DNA of 64,000 nucleotides from Thermoleophilia bacterium (lineage in GTDB: Bacteria; Actinomycetota; Thermoleophilia; UBA2241), in the NCBI GenBank assembly GCA_040769125.1, contig JAXGLO010000001.1, positions 807,537 to 871,536 of the forward strand, read 5' to 3'. The notes below the pieces were generated by a model. It had not been told where the DNA came from. It saw only the letters and a list, made by a program, of their open reading frames with translations, and searched no databases. The translations under genes and the position numbers were made by a program. Below are positions 49,171 through 59,628 of this stretch, piece by piece. Position 1 is the first letter of the stretch. Each line of letters starts with the position of its first letter.

Positions 49171-51513
49171 TCAGACAGGGGCCAGGTTGGGCACGAGTCG
49201 CACTTTCGGGGCGTTCAGCGAGGCGACGATCGTCGGCAAGGCCTGCGCTTCCACGGGACGTGAGTACAGGTAGCCTTGGGCCAGGTCGCAGCCCAGCTCG
49301 TGGAGGCGCTTGGCCTGTTCTGCCGTCTCCACGCCTTCCCCCACCGTCATGGTTCCCAGCGCTCGAGCCATGGCCACGATGGCCGCTACGACGGCATCGT
49401 CGGTGTTGTTCGGTTTCTCCAGGTTGCTCACGAAGTCACGGTCGATCTTGAGGCTCGTTGCCGGGAATTGCTTGACGTAGGCCAGCGACGAGTACTCCGT
49501 GCCGAAATCGTCGATGGCCAACCGCACGCCCAGCCGCCGCAGCTTCTCGAGGATCCCGGTGGCGGCCTCGGTGTTCTGCATGAACGTTGACTCGGTTAGC
49601 TCCACACCGAGGGACCGGCTGTCCAGCCCGTGGGCCGCGAGGAGATCGCTGATCGCCTCGACGATGTCGTCGTTGTACAGTTGTTTGGCGGAGATGTTCA
49701 CCGCAACGAAGAGGTTCGCGAACTCGGGTGCCTGGCGTCGCCAGGCGGCGAGCTGCCTGAGGGCCTCCTCGAAAACCCAGCGGCCGATATCGATGATCGC
49801 TCCGCTCTCCTCGGCCAGCGGGATGAACTGTGCCGGCATGATGGTGCCATGCTCGGGATGTGTCCAGCGCAGCAGCGCCTCCATACCGACCACCGAGGTG
49901 CCGGGCAGACTCACAATCGGCTGGTACAGCAGGTGCAGCTGGCCCAGCTCGACGGCGTGGTGCAGATCTCTCTCGAGCTCAAGCTCGGTGGCGCGCGCGT
50001 GCATCGACTCGTCGAACAGCGCGACAGCGTCGCGGCCACTCTGCTTCGCATGGTACATGGCGGTGTCCGCGTTGCGTACGAGGGCCTCGACAGTCGCGTC
50101 GGTGTCGTCTCCTGAGGCGAAGGCGAGGCCGATGCTCGCCGACACGTGGAACGGCTTCCCATCCAGGATAAAGGGCTCTCTGAGGCTGACGAGGAGCCGT
50201 TCCGCGAGATCCATGGCTTGGGAGACGCTGACGACGTGGCTAAGGATGATGGTGAACTCGTCGCCTCCTATTCGCGTCACCAGGTCGGTGGGCCGGACGT
50301 GGGCGCGGAGCCTCTCGGCGACCTCGATGAGCAGCAGGTCGCCGTAGCGGTGTCCCAGCGTGTCGTTAACCAGCTTGAAGCGGTCGAGATCCAGGTAGAG
50401 CAGCGCCACGTTGGTGTTGTCGATGGTGGGCTCTGTGATGAGATCCGTGAGGTGCTCCTCCATTCTGCGGCGGTTCGGCAGGCCTGTGAGGCTGTCGTGG
50501 AGCGCCTGGAAGGCGAGCGCCTGCTCGGAGCGCTCGGCTATCCGCATCGCGTAGACGACGCACAGGATCGTGGTGACGGCCATCGCGATCATCAGCACTG
50601 CGAGGACGATCCGGTCGGAGAGGGAGGCGCTGGGGTTGTGAAGCGCAACGATCGTCGGCAGGCTGAGCGCGATGGCTACCGGGTAGATGCGTCCCCTTAT
50701 CGGCTTCGCGCTGCACTCTGAGGGGGCGGGCTCAGTGAGCGTGCGCATCGACGGATGCAGCGCGGTCGCTCCTCCCATCACGTACGCGAGGGCGTAAGGC
50801 AGGTTGATCAGGTTGCCCGGCAGGCTGTTTACCCCTATCTCCTCAAGCATGAAAGCGGTGTCGCCCACGAGCAGGCCAGCTATGGCAGCGACCACCAGCC
50901 AGAGCGATGGTACGTTTCTCTGCGCCGGGTTGAACGCGACCCAGAACGTCACCACCAGCAGGAAGATCGACGTGGATGGATACGTGATGAGGCTGACGGC
51001 GACTGGCAACGGGACGTCGTTGTTGTGGAGGAACGGCTGGAAGACAAAGATCCAGACAAGGAGAATCAGCGCCAGAGACGCGAGCAGCGCGTCGAGAATG
51101 ATGCCCGCTCGACGCTCCTTCCACACCGACCACTGTGAGAACCCCATCAGCCCCAGGGCGAGCAGTGTGTAGCCCGGGAGCGCGAGCACGTCGGGGAGGA
51201 TCGATCGGCTTTCGGACACGTTGCCGAGCGTCTCCAGCGCACCGCGCGATCCCTCCGAGAGCAGGAACAGTACGAGCGCGACGTTGAGGAAGATCCAGGA
51301 CCTGGCGCGCAGAGGGCGGTGTAGCCTGACCGCGACTGCGAACACGAGGATGCTCGCGATCGCGATGCCGGCGAGCACAATAGTGTTGAGGCCGTCGGAT
51401 GTCCCGAAGCACATGGCGACGGAGAGCGAGCAGCCGACCACACAGTACGCGACGGTCGGCCAGTGGCTCTTACCTATCGATTTCAGGGCTGCCCGAATTG
51501 ACCTCATTGCCAA
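49171..51513 (-). CDS. membrane sensor GGDEF-EAL protein, copy 2
   Basis: 780 aa. More than 90% identical to copy 1 across GGDEF-EAL, about 70% in the TM sensor domain. Confidence 0.85.
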   Translation of the reverse strand: MAMRSIRAALKSIGKSHWPTVAYCVVGCSLSVAMCFGTSDGLNTIVLAGIAIASILVFAVAVRLHRPLRARSWIFLNVALVLFLLSEGSRGALETLGNVSESRSILPDVLALPGYTLLALGLMGFSQWSVWKERRAGIILDALLASLALILLVWIFVFQPFLHNNDVPLPVAVSLITYPSTSIFLLVVTFWVAFNPAQRNVPSLWLVVAAIAGLLVGDTAFMLEEIGVNSLPGNLINLPYALAYVMGGATALHPSMRTLTEPAPSECSAKPIRGRIYPVAIALSLPTIVALHNPSASLSDRIVLAVLMIAMAVTTILCVVYAMRIAERSEQALAFQALHDSLTGLPNRRRMEEHLTDLITEPTIDNTNVALLYLDLDRFKLVNDTLGHRYGDLLLIEVAERLRAHVRPTDLVTRIGGDEFTIILSHVVSVSQAMDLAERLLVSLREPFILDGKPFHVSASIGLAFASGDDTDATVEALVRNADTAMYHAKQSGRDAVALFDESMHARATELELERDLHHAVELGQLHLLYQPIVSLPGTSVVGMEALLRWTHPEHGTIMPAQFIPLAEESGAIIDIGRWVFEEALRQLAAWRRQAPEFANLFVAVNISAKQLYNDDIVEAISDLLAAHGLDSRSLGVELTESTFMQNTEAATGILEKLRRLGVRLAIDDFGTEYSSLAYVKQFPATSLKIDRDFVSNLEKPNNTDDAVVAAIVAMARALGTMTVGEGVETAEQAKRLHELGCDLAQGYLYSRPVEAQALPTIVASLNAPKVRLVPNLAPV

Positions 51514-51774
51514 CTGTTATCGGCGGATCGCTGCGATTCTGTACTGATTTAGCCTGATTTCACACTGACGCCGGGCGACTACTTACCCGAAGGCTCCGCA
51601 TGCTACTCATTCTCGGCTGCGGACTGCGGAGCAGGTCGGTCCGGAAGCTCCATGGCGAGGGCCTCGAGCCGGCTCTGTGCAGCGTCATCTCGTGAGCGCC
51701 GAACGCCCCGTCGGGTGGCGCAGGCTCGTCGCCGCGGGCGCAGGGCAGGGGGTCAGGCGCGCGTCAGGCAGGGG

Positions 51775-54120
51775 TCAGGCGGGCGCGGGTACGAGCCTCA
51801 GCCGCGGGGCGTTCAGCGAGGCGACCGTCTGCGGCAGGGTCTGCGCTTCCACGGGGTATGAGTACAGGTAGCCTTGGGCCATGTCGCAGCCCAGCTCGTG
51901 GAGGCGCCTGGCCTGGTCTGCCGTCTCCACGCCTTCCGCCACCGTCTTGATTCTCAGCGTCCGAGCCATGGCCACGATGGCCGCTACGACGGCGGCGTCG
52001 GCGCTGTCCGGCTTCGTTACATGGCTTACGAAGTCGCGGTCGAGCTTGAGGCTCGTTACCGGGAATCGCTTGACGTAGGCCAGCGACGAGTACTCCGAGC
52101 CGAAATCGTCGATGGCCATCTGTACGCCCAGCCGCCGCAGCTTCTCCAGGGTCTCGGTGGCGGCGTCGGTGTCCTGCATGAGCGTCGACTCGGTAAGCTC
52201 CAGACAGAGGGACTGGCCGTCAAGCCCGTGGATCGCGAGGAGGTCGCTGACCGTCTCGACGATATCGTCCCTGAAAAGCTGGACGGCGGAGAGGTTCACC
52301 GAGACGCAGAGATTCGCGAACTCCGGCGCCTGGCGTCGCCAGGCGGCGAGCTGCCCGAGGGCCTCCCCGAGAACCCATTTTCCGATATCGATGATGGCTC
52401 CGCTCTCCTCGGCCAGCGGGATGAACTGCGCCGGCGAGATGGTGCCGTGCAGGGGATGCGTCCAGCGCAGCAGCGCCTCCATGCCGACCACCGAGGCGCC
52501 GGGCAGACTCACGATCGGCTGGTACAGCAGGTGCAGCTGGTCCAGCTCGACGGCATGGCGCAGATCCCTCTCGAGCTCGAGTTCGATAGCGTGCGCGTGC
52601 ATCGAATCGTCGAACAGCGCGACGGCGTCGCGGCCGCCCTGCTTGGCATAGTACATGGCGGTGTCCGCGTTGCTGACGAGGGCCTCGGCGGCTGCTTCAG
52701 TGTCGTCACCTGAGGCGAAGGCGAGGCCGATGCTCGCCGACACGTGGAACGGCCTGCCGTCGAGCATGAAGGGCTCTCTGAGGCTGGCGAGGAGTCGTTC
52801 CGCGAGATCCATGGCCTGGGAGACGCTGACGACGTGGCTGAGGATAATGATGAACTCATCGCCTCCTATTCGCGTCACCAGGTCGGTGGGCCGGACGTGG
52901 GCGCGGAGTCTCTCGGCGACCTCGACGAGCAGCAGGTCGCCGTAGCGGTGCCCCAGCATGTCGTTGATTAGCTTGAAGCGGTCGAGATCCAGGTAGAGCA
53001 GCGCCACGTTGGTGTTGTCTATAGAGGGCTCTTTGTTGAGATTAATGAGATCCGTGAGGTGCTCCTTCATCCTGCGGCGGTTGGGCAGGCCTGTGAGGCT
53101 GTCGTGCAGCGCCTGGAAGGCGAGCGCCTGCTCGGATCGCTCCGCTACACGCATCGCGTAGATGACACGCAGGACGGTGGTGACGGCCATCGCCATTATC
53201 AGCACTGCGAGGACGATCCGGTCGGAGAGGGAGGCGCTGGGGTTGTGAATCGCAATGATCGCCGGCAGGCTGAGTGCGAAGACTACCGGGTAGATGCGTC
53301 CCGGTATCGGCTTTCTGCTCGACTGTGGGGAGGCGGGCTGGGTAAGCGTGAGCATCGACGGATGCAACGCGGTCGCCGCCGCCATCACGTACGCGAGGCC
53401 GTAGGGCAGATCGACCAGACTGGTCGGCAGGGAGTTCACGCCCATCTCCTCGAGCATGTAGCCGACGTCGCCCAGGAGCAGGCAAGCTACGGCAGCGACT
53501 AGCAGCCAGAGCGCGGGTACGTTCTTCTGTGCCGGGTTGAGCGCGATCCAGAACGTCACCGCCAGTATGGCGATCGACGCAGCGGGATACGCGATGAGGA
53601 TGAGGGCGACCTTCAGCGGGACGTCGTTGTTGTGCAGGAATGGCTGGAAGGCGAAGACCCAGATAAGGAGAATCAGCCCCAGAGACGCGAGCGTCGCGTC
53701 GAGCATGATGCCCGCGCGACGCTCCTTCCACACGGACCACTGTGAGAACCCCATCAGCCCCACGGTGAGCAGCAGGTAGCCCGGGAGGGAGAACAAGTCG
53801 GGGAGGAGCGATCGGCTCGCGGTCACGTTGCCGAGCGTATGGGTCCACTCACTTAATATGCCCGACACCAGGAAGAGCACGAGTGCGGCGGTGATGGTGA
53901 TCCAGTGCCTGCTGTGTGCAGGGCGGCGCAGCAGGACCGACCCTCCAAGTGCAAAGACGCTCATGACCGCGACGTTGGTGTACACGATGGGCTTGAAGTC
54001 CCCGAACAGCCCGAGGGACAGTGCGACCATGAGCGAGCAGCCGACCACAATGTGCACGACGGCCGGCCACTGGCTCTCAGCTAGGGATCTCGCGGCTGTC
54101 CGAATTGACCCCATAGTCAA
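51775..54120 (-). CDS. membrane sensor GGDEF-EAL protein, copy 3
   Basis: 781 aa, same architecture. GGDEF and EAL motifs intact. Confidence 0.85.
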   Translation of the reverse strand: MTMGSIRTAARSLAESQWPAVVHIVVGCSLMVALSLGLFGDFKPIVYTNVAVMSVFALGGSVLLRRPAHSRHWITITAALVLFLVSGILSEWTHTLGNVTASRSLLPDLFSLPGYLLLTVGLMGFSQWSVWKERRAGIMLDATLASLGLILLIWVFAFQPFLHNNDVPLKVALILIAYPAASIAILAVTFWIALNPAQKNVPALWLLVAAVACLLLGDVGYMLEEMGVNSLPTSLVDLPYGLAYVMAAATALHPSMLTLTQPASPQSSRKPIPGRIYPVVFALSLPAIIAIHNPSASLSDRIVLAVLIMAMAVTTVLRVIYAMRVAERSEQALAFQALHDSLTGLPNRRRMKEHLTDLINLNKEPSIDNTNVALLYLDLDRFKLINDMLGHRYGDLLLVEVAERLRAHVRPTDLVTRIGGDEFIIILSHVVSVSQAMDLAERLLASLREPFMLDGRPFHVSASIGLAFASGDDTEAAAEALVSNADTAMYYAKQGGRDAVALFDDSMHAHAIELELERDLRHAVELDQLHLLYQPIVSLPGASVVGMEALLRWTHPLHGTISPAQFIPLAEESGAIIDIGKWVLGEALGQLAAWRRQAPEFANLCVSVNLSAVQLFRDDIVETVSDLLAIHGLDGQSLCLELTESTLMQDTDAATETLEKLRRLGVQMAIDDFGSEYSSLAYVKRFPVTSLKLDRDFVSHVTKPDSADAAVVAAIVAMARTLRIKTVAEGVETADQARRLHELGCDMAQGYLYSYPVEAQTLPQTVASLNAPRLRLVPAPA

Positions 54121-54242
54121 ACAATTATCGGCAGATCAGCGCGATTCTGTACTAATTAAATCTGAAGGTGCGCCGACGCCACACGCCTGACGCCCGTTTC
54201 TCGAAGGTTCGGCGTGCGACTTCTGCTCAGATGCGGAGCAGG

Positions 54243-55451
54243 TCAGTCCGGAAGCTCGGCGGCGACCCCGATCGCCTCGCGAAGCGTCTCGAGGCCCTCC
54301 ATGAGCTCTGCCTTGGAGATGTTCAGGGCGGGGAACACGCGGACGGCGTTGCCCTGCGTCTGGCGCACGAACACCTTTCGTGCCAGGCACTCGGCAGCGA
54401 CTCGGGTCGCGGTGGCCTCGTCGCGGAGCTGGACCAAGAGCAGCAGGCCGCGACCGCGGGCGCCGGTGACGACGCCGGGCAAGTCCTGGGCCCAGCGGTT
54501 CATCTCGGCGAGCGCGGTGGCGCCGAGCGCCTTGACGTGCGTCGCGATGTCGTTCTCCAGAAGGTAGCGCAGCACCGCGTGAGCCACGGCGCAGGCGAGC
54601 GGGTTGCCGCAGTAGGTGCCGCCGTGGTCGCCGGCCTGAAGCTTGGCCGACACCTCCTCGGAGGTGACGAAGGCGCCCAGCGGGAAGCCTCCGCCCATGC
54701 CTTTGGCCAGCGTCAGGAAGTCGGCCTCGGCACCGGTGTCGCTGATCGCGAACATGGGACCGGTGCGGCAGAAGCCTGTCTGCACCTCGTCGGCGATCAG
54801 CAGGGTGCCGTTCCGGCGGCACAGGCGCGAGATCTCGGGGAAGTAGTCGTCGTCGGGGATGTTGACGCCACCCTCGCCCTGGATGGGCTCTACGATCACG
54901 GCGGCGACATCCGCGTCGAGAGCCTGCGCGATCGCATCCAGGTCGTTGAAGGGGATGAAGCGGAAGCCCGGCATGAGCGGGTCGTACTTCTCGCGATGCT
55001 TGGCCTGGCCGGTGGCCGAGAGCGTGCCGATCGTGCGTCCGTGGAAGCTCCCGAGAGTGGCGATCACGTCGCGGCGCCCCGTGACCTTGCGCGCCAGCTT
55101 CATGGCTGCGTCGTTGGCCTCGGCGCCGCTGTTGCTGAAGAAGACGCGGGTGAGGTTCGGCGGGAGGACCTCGGTGAGCAACGAAAGGTAGGCCGCGCGC
55201 GCCGGTGAATGGGTGAGACCCGCGTCGGGGTTCTGCAGGATGCGGCCGCCCTGCTCGGCGAGCGCGGTCTGTATCGCCGGGTGGGCGTGGCCGATCGAGG
55301 TGACGCCCCAGCCGGCGGTGAGGTCGAGATACCTCACGCCTTCTTCATCCCAGACGTGCACGCCCTCGCCGCGCGCGATCGAGATCGGCAGCTTGGCGAA
55401 GAACGGGGGTGTGTGAGCGCTCTCGACGGCGATGGTCTCGCTGGTTCCCAT
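54243..55451 (-). CDS. argD: class-III PLP aminotransferase, acetylornithine aminotransferase-like
   Basis: ...LDLTAGWGVTSIGHAHP... LIADEVQTGFCRTGPMFA... (PLP-lysine region), about 400 aa. Confidence 0.8.
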   Translation of the reverse strand: MGTSETIAVESAHTPPFFAKLPISIARGEGVHVWDEEGVRYLDLTAGWGVTSIGHAHPAIQTALAEQGGRILQNPDAGLTHSPARAAYLSLLTEVLPPNLTRVFFSNSGAEANDAAMKLARKVTGRRDVIATLGSFHGRTIGTLSATGQAKHREKYDPLMPGFRFIPFNDLDAIAQALDADVAAVIVEPIQGEGGVNIPDDDYFPEISRLCRRNGTLLIADEVQTGFCRTGPMFAISDTGAEADFLTLAKGMGGGFPLGAFVTSEEVSAKLQAGDHGGTYCGNPLACAVAHAVLRYLLENDIATHVKALGATALAEMNRWAQDLPGVVTGARGRGLLLLVQLRDEATATRVAAECLARKVFVRQTQGNAVRVFPALNISKAELMEGLETLREAIGVAAELPD

Positions 55452-55840
55452 GGGTCCACCTCGGTGCGAATATGATGAGCGGTGATGTCCCGCTATCTTC
55501 TCACGGAAGGCGGCTGCGGGTGCGGCACGCGTCCGGCGCCGGCCGGCGAGTGGTTGGGCATGCCGGTGGTGACGCAGGCGCGGTGCGCGCCCGGCGCCGA
55601 CCGGCGCAGCGTGTCGGCGCTACCCTCGGTGGGATCTGCCGGTCCGCCTCACGTGCTCTAGCCGCCGGCGCCGGTTGGGTTGATGCGGCAACGGCGTGCG
55701 TGTGGTTGCCCGCAAGGTCCATCCGCTGCCGCGGGGCGGGCTGATAGCATGGGCGGGCGCACCGGCTCGCCGGTCTTCCGGTCGCCGGGCGGAGGGGCGC
55801 TGAGGTCGCCTGGCGGAGGCGCTGGGGCCGTTGGGCGCAG

Positions 55841-56617
55841 GTGCTGAGCCCGCCGGGCGGAGGCGCCGAGGCCGCCGCCGGCCGTCGCCGTACGAACGGC
55901 GTGCTGTGGCTGTATCCTCCTGTGGGACAAGGAGGTCGTGTTCTGGAGCTGGCGCCCGCTCTCATCCTCGGTGGGCAGGCGTTCGTGGTCGGGCTCTCCG
56001 GGGCGATGTCACCGGGCTCCTACCTCACCGTGACGGTTGCGCGCACCCTGCAGAGGGGGCCGCTCTCGGCGTCGCTCATGCTCGTCGGCCATGCTCTGCT
56101 GGAGGCGGCGCTGCTCGTCGGCTTTGCGTTCGGCTTGCAGCAGGTGCTGCGGCAGCAGACGGTGACGACGGTGCTGGCCGTGGCCGGCGGCGCGGTGCTG
56201 CTGTGGATGGGCTTCGGGCTTGTTGCGGGCGCCGCCCGCGGCACGTTCGGCGTGGATCCCAGGAGCGGCGAGAGTTTCGGCATGTCCGGCCACCCTCTTG
56301 CGGCGATCGCCCAAGGCTCGATTGTCTCTCTTTCCAACCCGTGGTGGACGATCTGGTGGGCCACCATCGGCGTCAAGCTGGCCAGCGACGGCCTGCGGCT
56401 CGGCGCGGTGGGTGTGCTGGCGTTCTTCGTGGGCCACCAGCTCGCCGACGTCGCGTGGTACGAGCTGGTCATCCAGGCCGTCCACCGCAGCAAGCGGCTG
56501 CTCACTCCGGCGGTGTACGGCGTCGTCATGGGCGTCCTCGGCGTTGCCCTGCTCTACATGGGCCTGCGTTTCGTCGGCCAGGGGCTTGGCTTTGAACTGC
56601 CCTGGCTGCCCTTCTGA
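55841..56617 (+). CDS. LysE/RhtB-family amino-acid efflux translocator
   Basis: Six hydrophobic segments, LysE-type length if the start is near VLELAPALILGG. GTG 55841 is the first in-frame start; the true start is uncertain. Confidence 0.6.
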   Translation: MLSPPGGGAEAAAGRRRTNGVLWLYPPVGQGGRVLELAPALILGGQAFVVGLSGAMSPGSYLTVTVARTLQRGPLSASLMLVGHALLEAALLVGFAFGLQQVLRQQTVTTVLAVAGGAVLLWMGFGLVAGAARGTFGVDPRSGESFGMSGHPLAAIAQGSIVSLSNPWWTIWWATIGVKLASDGLRLGAVGVLAFFVGHQLADVAWYELVIQAVHRSKRLLTPAVYGVVMGVLGVALLYMGLRFVGQGLGFELPWLPF

Positions 56618-56637
56618 GGACGGGAGCTTGGTACACT

Positions 56638-58158
56638 GTGCCCGCCATGACGGGCGCGGAGATGGGAGCCGACATGACTGAGGTGGAGGATCGGACGACG
56701 GCTGGGGTTGCGGCGGCGCCTGGCGGCGAGGATGCAGCTCCGGTATGCACCTCTGCCCGCCGCCGGACCAAGATCGTAGCCACCCTCGGGCCGGCGTCGT
56801 GTAGTGAGGCCGTGATCGACGGCCTCCTCGAGGCCGGGATGGACGTGGCCCGCATCAATCTTTCGCACGGCCACCCTGACGAACACGCGCAGACCATCGC
56901 CACACTCCGGCGGGTGGCTGCGCGCCGTGATGTGCCGGTGGCCGTGCTCATCGATCTCCCCGGGCCCAAGCTCCGCCTGGTTGACTTGGCAGAGCCGCTT
57001 CCCGTCGTGGCGGGGCAGCTGGTGACGCTGGGGGCGCCTGCGGCCGCCCAGCTCCCGGTCAACTTCCCCGAGCTGCTGACCCATTTCACGCCCGGTGAAC
57101 TCGTCCTCATCGACGATGGGGCGCTCGCCTTACGCGTCGTCGACGTCGCCCTGCCTACGGTCACTCTCAAGGCGCTCAACAACGGGGTGATCCTCTCGCG
57201 AAAAGGCATCAACCTGCCCGACACCAGCCTGCCGATCGCCGCTCTCACGGACGAGGACCGCGAGCTGCTTGCATGGGGGCTTCAGCAGGACGTCGACTAT
57301 GTGGCGCTCTCGTTCGTTCGCACTGCCGGTGATGTGCGTGAGCTCAAGGAGCTCATCGCGGCCGAAGCTGGCGACCAGCTCGTCGTCGCCAAAATCGAGA
57401 AGAAGGAGGCGCTGGTGGAGGCCGACGCGATCATCGCCGCCGCCGACGCCATCATGATCGCCCGCGGTGACCTGGGCGTCGAGATCCACCCTTCGCTTGT
57501 CCCTGTCTGGCAGAAGCGCCTGATCCACGCCGCCAATCTCGCCGGCAAGCCGGTCATCACCGCTACGCAGATGCTGCAGTCGATGGTCTCGGCCCCCCGC
57601 CCGACGCGGGCCGAGGCCAGTGACGTCGCCAACGCCATCTACGACGCGACCAGCGCCGTGATGCTCTCCGGCGAGACGGCGGTGGGGGCGTACCCCGTCG
57701 AGGCGGTGCGCACGATGGCCAGGATCGCCCGTGTTGTTGAGGCCGACATCGACCGCGTCGGCTGGGCGCCGCAGCCGTGGGCGGTGACGCGCACCGGCGT
57801 CTCCAGGGCCATCAGCTTCGGCGCCTGCGAGGTGGCTCATCGCGTGGGGGCGGCCGCCATCGCCAGCCCCACATTCAGCGGCGCTACCGCCCGCGCTCTG
57901 GCCCGCAACCATCCAGCTCAGCCCATCGTCGCCGTGAGCCCCTACCAGCGGGTGGTCAATCAGCTCGCCCTCTGCTGGGGCGTCCATCCGCTGCTCGGCA
58001 GGCACAACGACAGCTTCGAGGAGGTCGTGAACGAGGCCAACGACCTGCTGCTCGCCCACGGTTTTGCGTCGCCGGGGGACGTGGTCGTGATGACCGCCGG
58101 CCTCCAGACCAACCAGACGGGCAAGACGAACCTCATCAAGGCGCATGTGATCGCCTGA
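56638..58158 (+). CDS. pyk: pyruvate kinase
   Basis: RRTKIVATLGPAS ... MDVARINLSHG ... AIMIARGDLGVEI ... MLSGETA. N-terminal about 30 aa may be over-called (alternative ATG 56674). Confidence 0.9.
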   Translation: MPAMTGAEMGADMTEVEDRTTAGVAAAPGGEDAAPVCTSARRRTKIVATLGPASCSEAVIDGLLEAGMDVARINLSHGHPDEHAQTIATLRRVAARRDVPVAVLIDLPGPKLRLVDLAEPLPVVAGQLVTLGAPAAAQLPVNFPELLTHFTPGELVLIDDGALALRVVDVALPTVTLKALNNGVILSRKGINLPDTSLPIAALTDEDRELLAWGLQQDVDYVALSFVRTAGDVRELKELIAAEAGDQLVVAKIEKKEALVEADAIIAAADAIMIARGDLGVEIHPSLVPVWQKRLIHAANLAGKPVITATQMLQSMVSAPRPTRAEASDVANAIYDATSAVMLSGETAVGAYPVEAVRTMARIARVVEADIDRVGWAPQPWAVTRTGVSRAISFGACEVAHRVGAAAIASPTFSGATARALARNHPAQPIVAVSPYQRVVNQLALCWGVHPLLGRHNDSFEEVVNEANDLLLAHGFASPGDVVVMTAGLQTNQTGKTNLIKAHVIA

Positions 58159-58481
58159 CCTTCGGGTGGCCGGACGGAGCTGGCATCAAGGCTGACCCTC
58201 ACCCTCGACTCAAAAGTGAGGGTCTCGTCCTCGCGGAGGCGCGAGCCGGTGTTCGCACCCTTTATTCGCCTGCGCTTCGTTGCGCAGGTGCGGTACGCGT
58301 CTGCTTTGCCGGCGGTACATGTGATGCAGCCGGTTCGACCGGCACCACGCGCGCCCGCAAGCCGAGCGGCGGTTACAGCTTGGGTTAGGTCGCCCGAGCG
58401 GTAGCGGCACTCGTCCTGCTGTGGGCGCCGCGGGCGTTCGAGCCTGCTCGCCGGCGAGGGTGCATAGTCTTACGTTGCTGC

Positions 58482-58634
58482 TTGTCGCGCGCGCATGAGG
58501 CCAGCTTCACCGAGCCGATCGTCGAGGCTGGATGCGTCCGCACTTGTTGCACGCGCATGATGCCAGCAGTCCTTCTTGGCCGACACGCTCGCGACAGGCT
58601 TCGTTTGCTGCACGCGCATGATGCCAGCAGCTTC
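58482..58634. repeat. Three copies of a roughly 30-nt motif TTG(T)TGCACGCGCATGATGCCAGCAG at about 61-nt spacing
   Basis: Seen at 58482-58510, 58545-58573 and 58604-58634 in the convergent pyk/tal intergenic region. Confidence 0.4.
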
Positions 58635-58687
58635 GCGCGCCTCCAGCGCGTCGCCCGCCGGGAGCGAATCCGCGGGCGAGGCCTGGG

Positions 58688-59326
58688 TCATCCGCGGGCG
58701 GCGTTGAACTCGCGTGTGGCAGCAGCGCTCAGCGGGTGCTCCCCGAGGCTCCTGAGAACATCGAGCGAGGCGGTGATGTCGTCGGCGCCGTGCAGGATGG
58801 CCTCTGTGGCCTGGGCGGCGCTCTTGAGACTGGCCGCAAGGATTCGTGTGTCGCTTCCGAGGCGTGCGAGGATCGTGGCGAGCGCCTCGACCAGCTCCAT
58901 TCCACCCACCCACTGTCTCGTCGCGCGGTCGACGTAGGGGATCGCCCAGACGCAGTCCGTCTCGTGGGCCAGCATGGCCTGGGCCGGAGAGTACACGGCG
59001 GTGAGCGCACAGCGGATTCCCTCGGCGCCGAGGGCGGCAGCGGCGCGGACGCCTTCGTTGGTCGCTGGGAGCTTGATGATCACCCGGTCGCGCGCGAGTG
59101 CCGCCGCGGCTCGCGCCTCTTCAGAGAGCGCCTCGGCGGTGTCGCCGACCGGCTGATGACAGACCAGCCCCAGAGGAAAGACCTCGAGAAGACGGCCGAT
59201 CTGCGTCAGCGGCTCGGCCGTCTCACGAGCCATGAGGGTGGGGTTGGTGGTGACGCCGCCGACAAACCCGAGTTCGGCGGCCGCGAGCGCATCGTCCACT
59301 GAGGCTGAGTCTAGCAGGATCGTCAT
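58688..59326 (-). CDS. tal: transaldolase / fructose-6-phosphate aldolase family (short Tal/FSA type)
   Basis: MTILLDSASVDDALAAAELGFVGGVTTNPTLM ... VIIKLPATNEGV (Schiff-base Lys region), 212 aa. ATG 59326. Confidence 0.8.
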   Translation of the reverse strand: MTILLDSASVDDALAAAELGFVGGVTTNPTLMARETAEPLTQIGRLLEVFPLGLVCHQPVGDTAEALSEEARAAAALARDRVIIKLPATNEGVRAAAALGAEGIRCALTAVYSPAQAMLAHETDCVWAIPYVDRATRQWVGGMELVEALATILARLGSDTRILAASLKSAAQATEAILHGADDITASLDVLRSLGEHPLSAAATREFNAARG

Positions 59327-59628
59327 GATGGCCTTAGGCCTCCTTCCGATTGGCTTTGGGCGGCCGGAGCGCACGCAGCGGCCGCTTGACCGTCACCCTC
59401 GCATCATGCGGCCGAGGCTGCAAACCGGCGAGGGCTCGGGCTCCTCTGCAGGCTCGTTTGTCACTGGTTCGCGCCGCGCCTACTCATATGATGTCAGTTA
59501 AGGGGACGGGCCGGGGCGCCGTTGTCGCCCTGGGAGCAGGACGACCTGGAGCACCGAGAAGGCATCGGCTTGCGTTCAGCGCTTTTGTGACCGGGACGTG
59601 AGCCGAGCCGGCGGGCTGTCGGCCGCGC

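Larger units (their letters stand above)
46310..54270. repeat. Tandem segmental triplication, three units of about 2.6 kb, about 90% nt identity
   Basis: Unit boundaries about 46310/48975/51640/54270. Each unit carries a GGDEF-EAL gene, its conserved promoter-side sequence (TTATCGGCnGATCnGCGCGATTCTGnACT), and a fragment homologous to the 3' end of the 45713..46483 gene. Confidence 0.8.
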
